From Eledone cirrhosa (taxonomy: Eukaryota), in the NCBI GenBank assembly GCA_964016885.1, contig OZ024741.1, positions 137,268,001 to 137,332,000 of the forward strand: a stretch of DNA of 64,000 nt, written 5' to 3'. The notes under the pieces were generated by a model. The model made no database searches and had not been told where the DNA came from. It saw only the letters and a program-made list of their open reading frames with translations. Below are positions 58,240-64,000 of the stretch, piece after piece. Made by a program: the position numbers and the translations under genes. The stretch's first letter is position 1. Every line of letters begins with the position of its first letter.

Positions 58240-58670
58240 GTAGTGGTTTGACAGTATTGGTAGTGCGTCGGACAACATGCTTTGCGGCATATACTTACGT
58301 CTCTTTACATTCTGAGTTCAAATCTCGCAGAGGTTAGCTTAGCCTCTTATCCTTCGGGGTTGATGAAATAACGCACCAGTAATGCACTGAGGTCGATTTA
58401 ATTGACTTTCTCCATCCGTTCAAATTGATGGCTTTGACCAAAAGTAGAAATAGTTGTTATTAGAGGGCAGTAGATTGGCAGGATCGTTAAAGCATGGGAA
58501 TAAATACTTTGCAGTATTTGTTCTGGATCTTTAAATCAATGTCAAAGTCAACGTTGCCTTTCCTTCTGCTGGGTCGATAAAATAAAGTTCCAGTCAAGTA
58601 CTGCGGTCAATTTAATAGGCACCTATCTCTTCCCAAATTGTTGCCCAAATGTAAAAATTAGAAACCGTTA
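58240..58670 (+). mobile_element. Two tandem tRNA-derived SINEs (family 1)
   Basis: Two consecutive copies (~58240-58460, ~58465-58670), each ending ...tagaaa..gttatt. Confidence 0.7.
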
Positions 58671-58677
58671 TTCTAGA

Positions 58678-58734
58678 AATTAGTGGATTTGACTGAGATC
58701 ACTACGTTAGTGATCTCAGTCAAATCCACTAATT
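58678..58734. repeat. Perfect 27-bp-arm hairpin, 3-nt loop
   Basis: aattagtggatttgactgagatcacta-cgt-tagtgatctcagtcaaatccactaatt. Confidence 0.92.
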
Positions 58735-59234
58735 CCAAAACGATAGCAAGGACATTTACAATTGTTTCTGCATCTTTAAAACTATTTACTTGCTATATGA
58801 AGCGTAAAACTAATATATTTATTTACTGTACTGTGTCGTTTGGTTTGTTATTTTTGTTTACCTTTTGCACCCCCCAACACACATATATATATTTGAGTGA
58901 AATACACACACACGCACATATATACATACATACAAAGATTAAAATGTCTTTTTATGCGCCATATGTGAGCATTTAGAAATGAGAAATAAAGAAATACCAA
59001 AAATAAAGAAATACCAAAACCTAATCAGATTGTATGCAACTTAAAGGAGAGGCTAAGAATAAAATACATGACACTTTACATAAATGTAGTCAAAATACCT
59101 ACTATGTACTACGGAGTAGTATCACATCGTAATTTAACAACGTAATAATGTTTAGTATTATAAGTTGTTGTCTAAGTCAGTGAATCAGCAGATTGTCTTC
59201 TTTTCACACTATTTTCAGTCGTTATTTTCTCTGC

Positions 59235-59330
<96 letters not shown>

Positions 59331-59939
59331 CCCCTCCTCTCTCTGCCTGTCCGTATGTCTAACTTTCTGTTTGTTTCTCTCATTTCAACGATCGCTCTCC
59401 TATCGTTCTATTTATTAGCATGTAAGATTCGGTTTCTTTACCAAATTGTAAGAAAGCTATAAGAAAGAAAGTTGACTCCAGGCATGAATAAAAGTATTTT
59501 AGAATACATGACTGATATGTTTCAAAACGCCAATATAATGCAGTAGAAACATATAAAGGGCAAAGGATGACAAATAAAACAAAGTAATGTTTTATCCAGT
59601 ATATTTCAACATGTTATTTCAGGGCTACAACCCTCTTTTCAATTGTGGAGAATACATCGATCGTTTTTATTTTGAAATGTTTCTGCTTCACATTTGAAAT
59701 ATTATGTTGAAATATACTGGGTAAAACATTACTTTGGTTTATTTTTTATCTTTTGCCTTTTATATATTTCTATCACATTGCACCAGCTTTTTGAAACTTC
59801 ATTTATTACATATCTTACAATGCTTCGTATTAACTATACTACTTTATTTTAGAATTTTTGGAACATTTGACTCCGACCCTTTTGTGTCAGTTTTGATTGT
59901 GTTTCATGAATTTTAAAAGGTTATAAGAGAGACTTACAA

Positions 59940-60165
59940 ATATAATGGTTTCTGGTTTAGACACAAAGCCAACAATTTAAGGGGAAGGGAAAATCGTTTA
60001 AATCGACCCCAGGGCATTACTGGCGCTTTATTTTATCTATCCCGTAAGGATGAAAGGCAAAGCTAACCTTGGTGGGATTTGAACTTAGACCGTAAAGGAC
60101 CATAGCCCTATCCAGCAAAGCATGTTGCCCGAAGCGCTACCGATACTCTCAATCCACTACCATGT
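59940..60165 (-). mobile_element. tRNA-derived SINE (family 1)
   Basis: Reverse complement of the family 1 consensus. Other copies at ~52265-52410 (-) and ~60790-60930 (+). Confidence 0.72.
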
Positions 60166-60450
60166 AATGTACACTTATTTTAACGTAGATTATCTCAAAT
60201 CCGTGCTGAACGCAACTCACAAGTTATTTCACTTTGTTCCATAACACACATTTTAATATGTACTAAAAAGTACAAGTTTGAAAATTTACTATATTTATAA
60301 GCATACAAGATCAATCGAATTTAATTATTTAAAAATGTTTATGTTATTAAATATTTACAATTTCAAACACTAAATCTGACAAAATTTATAACATTCACCC
60401 GAGGAATAATATATATATATATTATGTGTGTTGTGTGTATACACACACAT

Positions 60451-60532
<82 letters not shown>

Positions 60533-62203
60533 GCACACACACACACATATATATACTAACATATATGCATATTCCTGTGTGCGTGTGAATAAGCTGTCTC
60601 AGTAAAGTCAATGTTACGGTTTGGATTTCAATAAAAATAGTTTGAGTAATATTTATACGACTACATATAGACAAACAGTGTTTTACTAAACATAAACTAT
60701 GTAAATATGTTATCATTGCATTCATTTCCAGTAAAAAACAACATTGCAATAAAACTAACTAATAAATTATACACTTCTATAAGAGCTAAAGATGGTGGTA
60801 AACATCGGATAAAATACCTTGCGGTATTCGCTTCGACTTTCTGCTCTTTAAATTCAAACTCCGCCGAGGTCAACCTTGCTTTTCATCCATTTAAGGTCGA
60901 TAAAAATGTACCTGTCAAGAACTAGGGTAGATTCCTCTACTACATCTCTTTCTCAATTCCATTCTCTATCCTGCACTGATGTAAATCTGCTGTATTCAGA
61001 CCTGGAGAGCAGATGGGCTCTGCAGGCCTTTAACAATGACTTAGAAACGTCGTATGTCAATACGACTCCCCCAGAAGTTATGGGATAAATAGAAGAAATA
61101 AAACTAAAGCTGTGAGTGACAGAATTGGTGGAGCGATATATTCGTGGCAGCGATGGTAAACTTGATTACTCTATTTTTTTAAAAATATCTCTTAACAGTG
61201 TTATTTCAAATCCAACCTGGTTTGAATTTCATTTTATTCTTTCAGCGGTCAACTCAATAAGTCTCGGTCATATTGGTTAAAAGTAAGTTAGATTTGACTT
61301 CAGTGTTCAAATCCTGTATCAGTTGATACTCTCTTCCATACGATAAAATAGTAACTTTTATGACGGAATCTTCGTCGATTTCAATGATGAATATTTAGAT
61401 GTTCAATCAATTGAACGTCCAGCTCGGGAATTAGCATGAACGTGGTTGAATAACCCGCAGACACGTGTAGCCTTAACGTAATGTTTAGAACGAACCAGTG
61501 TGGCTCACTACAATACTTGACAAGCCCAGACTTTTGAAGTAGAGATACAACCAATCCGCCAGCTTTCTACACCGTTTCTTTCGACGCATTTTCACTCAAA
61601 AAGATATGGGTTAACCCTAGGCTATGGTTATAAAACTTGCCGAAGTTGCCAATCAGTGGGGTCGAATCCAGGACCTCAGGATTGTGAATCAAATTTCTTA
61701 GCCACTTAGTCATGCGTGCCTTCATATCTAGTACATCCAGTGGATTCTGTTCATTTAGTATATAAAACACTACTGATTGCTCGGAATAACCCAGTCATTT
61801 AGTACATGGCAATCATATGCTAATATACACGATTAATGTAATTCTTATTAATTTGAAATTGGAATAGTATACATTGTGTATTTAATGGGAAGAGGCTTGC
61901 AGCAACAAAATAGAACATGGAACTAGATGACCTTATATATCTAATTTCGTTTAGTCAGAAACTATCTTGTCCTATATCTTTCCTGAGTCGATAAAATTAT
62001 ATATGCAAGATATAGTTCGATTCCTTTTTGCATTCGAATAGATAAATAAAACATGAAACGCATTTAGATAGATGGAAAAAGCAAACTTATTGGAACAACA
62101 AACGAATATCACCTCTTCAAGTACGCTTGAATGTAAATAGTAATTTTGAATACACATATAAACTTACGGGCACACATACATGCATGTATATATATATATA
62201 TAT

Positions 62204-62279
62204 ACTTCCAAATTTTCTTATGTCAACCAGATATATATATATATATATATATCTGGTTGACATAAGAAAATTTGGAAGT
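62204..62279. repeat. Perfect palindrome centred on (TA)n
   Basis: acttccaaattttcttatgtcaaccag-(at)n-ctggttgacataagaaaatttggaagt. Confidence 0.92.
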
Positions 62280-62316
62280 GAATGAGAGAGAGAGAGAGAG
62301 AGAGAGATAGATAGAT

Positions 62317-62388
<72 letters not shown>

Positions 62389-63109
62389 TAGTCTCCACGA
62401 GAACATAAACATGATTCGATAAGAACTGTTCGTGACCAATTATAGTTTAGGGTTATATGACCCGGTTTAAACCAACAAACCTGACACCTTTTATACGTTG
62501 ATGAATTTGGCTGCAATAATGGAGGATTATAATTTGATATGGTCTCTCTAGATTTTTCCTAAATATTTTCCCACTCTTGACTAATATTTTTCATGATTTT
62601 TTTTATGTAATCTATATCTGTTATTTCCCTATGTGCTCCCTTCGTTCCCATTTTCCTTAATAAGGCCTGATATTTAAATCATTGCTATTCGTTTGATATT
62701 TTCTGACAGATAGTTTTCTATTTTTAGCAGAACACTCTCAATATTTTTAACCCGACCTCTTTTTTTTTATTGATCTAGTCTTGATAAATTATCAGTGAAT
62801 AGAAAACCTTTCTCCCATGGCATTTCTTTAGTTGAGTATATATTATTTCCAACAACTCTGCGCCAAACGTTGTAAAATCCTAGTTTTATTTGAAGTTCAT
62901 ATCTGCATTCATATTTTAAAAAGATTAAGAAGCTCCCCACAGCATAATCCATTGGATTCATGTGATTCATCTGTGTAACTGACCCATTTATTGAAACAGG
63001 TTGACTGTGTAATGTGGTTATGATGATCCTTTAAATTTCGCTTTTGGATTTTTAATTGTTATTTCGAAAGATATAAATTCTGCTATCCATGGATATAGCC
63101 AAATATCAT

Positions 63110-63288
63110 ACTGCTATGATATTTTCTCTATATTGTGTATATGTGAAAGTCTTGGGATTTACGTTATGCATCTCGATCGTATTAAATATTCCCAAAGCAT
63201 CTATTATTAGGAATATTGTTTTGATTTTAATCCCCACATTCTGGTTATTTCTATTTCCAGATATTTACTTTTGGATAAGTTCTCCACC
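63110..63288 (-). mobile_element. R4/Dong LINE C-terminal relic
   Basis: Minus strand reads VENLSKSKYLEIEITRMWGLK, resembling the EKLSKYKDLEIEITRMW motif of R4/Dong endonuclease ends. Confidence 0.6.
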
Positions 63289-63289
63289 T

Positions 63290-63336
<47 letters not shown>

Positions 63337-63503
63337 AGTGGTATAATACAACAAGTAGAAAATATTTACTTATTTTTTTCTGATCTGATATATGTATGTT
63401 TATATTATCTAGTTTGTGTCGATACTTCATAATACCGACAATAATATCTTGTTTATAAAAGATGCATCTCTGTCAAACCTGATTATACATACACACTCAT
63501 ACA

Positions 63504-63665
<162 letters not shown>

Positions 63666-63670
63666 GAGAG

Positions 63671-63810
63671 AGATGGCTTCTACAGGACTAGAACTGTTTC
63701 ATTCGGGAGAAATCCTCAGGGCTTCCTGCAGAAGCCATTTCTATATTAAATATTTACACTCTGCTATGTATTGAGTACCTTACTTACTGTGGTTACTCCC
63801 GATAACCTTA
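63671..63810 (+). mobile_element. Fold-back mini-element, family E
   Basis: atggcttctacagga...tcctgcagaagccat hairpin, then ACTC tgc tat gta tt GAGTAC at 63758-63778. Confidence 0.72.
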
Positions 63811-63889
63811 TACATATATATATATATAGTAATAATATTGAAAGAGTGAAGAATAACATGGTCAACAGTACAAAAAAGGGTTTTATTTA

Positions 63890-63997
63890 CAGTATTGACA
63901 ATTGTTTCACTGATTAAGTTGTCTAAAAATTGCTGAACACTTGAAGCTGTGCCACAAAATTTTAAATACGATGTTAGCTTAACCAGATCATCAGAAA
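63890..63997 (-). ncRNA. Hammerhead with expanded stem II (family I)
   Basis: CTGATGA-t-ctggttaag(~60 nt)cttaatcag-t-GAAA-caattg-TC-aatactg. GUC triplet; stem I 5' strand is degenerate and at the window edge. Confidence 0.6.
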
Positions 63998-64000
63998 GGA

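Noticed and set aside
62400-62990. CQVCWFKPGH zinc-knuckle-like and NPMDY motifs on the minus strand
   Set aside because: Spacing is imperfect and the frames are full of stops; too weak to call a gag or transposase relic.

Overview
AT-rich, microsatellite-dense eukaryotic DNA. The SINE types and the gene sequence suggest a cephalopod such as octopus (inference). The only host coding sequence found is two minus-strand exons (14553-14776 and 4533-4615) of a GABA-gated Cys-loop chloride channel beta subunit of the Lcch3/Lymnaea type, so the window is mostly giant introns. These hold a nearly intact 5'-truncated Penelope-like element (PLE; RT plus C-terminal GIY-YIG), a large R4/Dong LINE, a deleted mariner, a non-autonomous Helitron, CRE, Tx1 and RTE fragments, and many tRNA-derived SINEs. 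The most striking signal is a population of short non-coding elements from several sequence families, nearly all embedded in (TA)n. Many carry minimal hammerhead ribozymes (about 18 intact or degenerate cores) and are built as head-to-head fold-backs. They share a bulged ACTC...GAGTRC stem-loop that is also present in the 3' UTR of the autonomous PLE, and the inverted arm repeatedly stops a few bases before it. All structures were derived by eye; no folding or database search was run.
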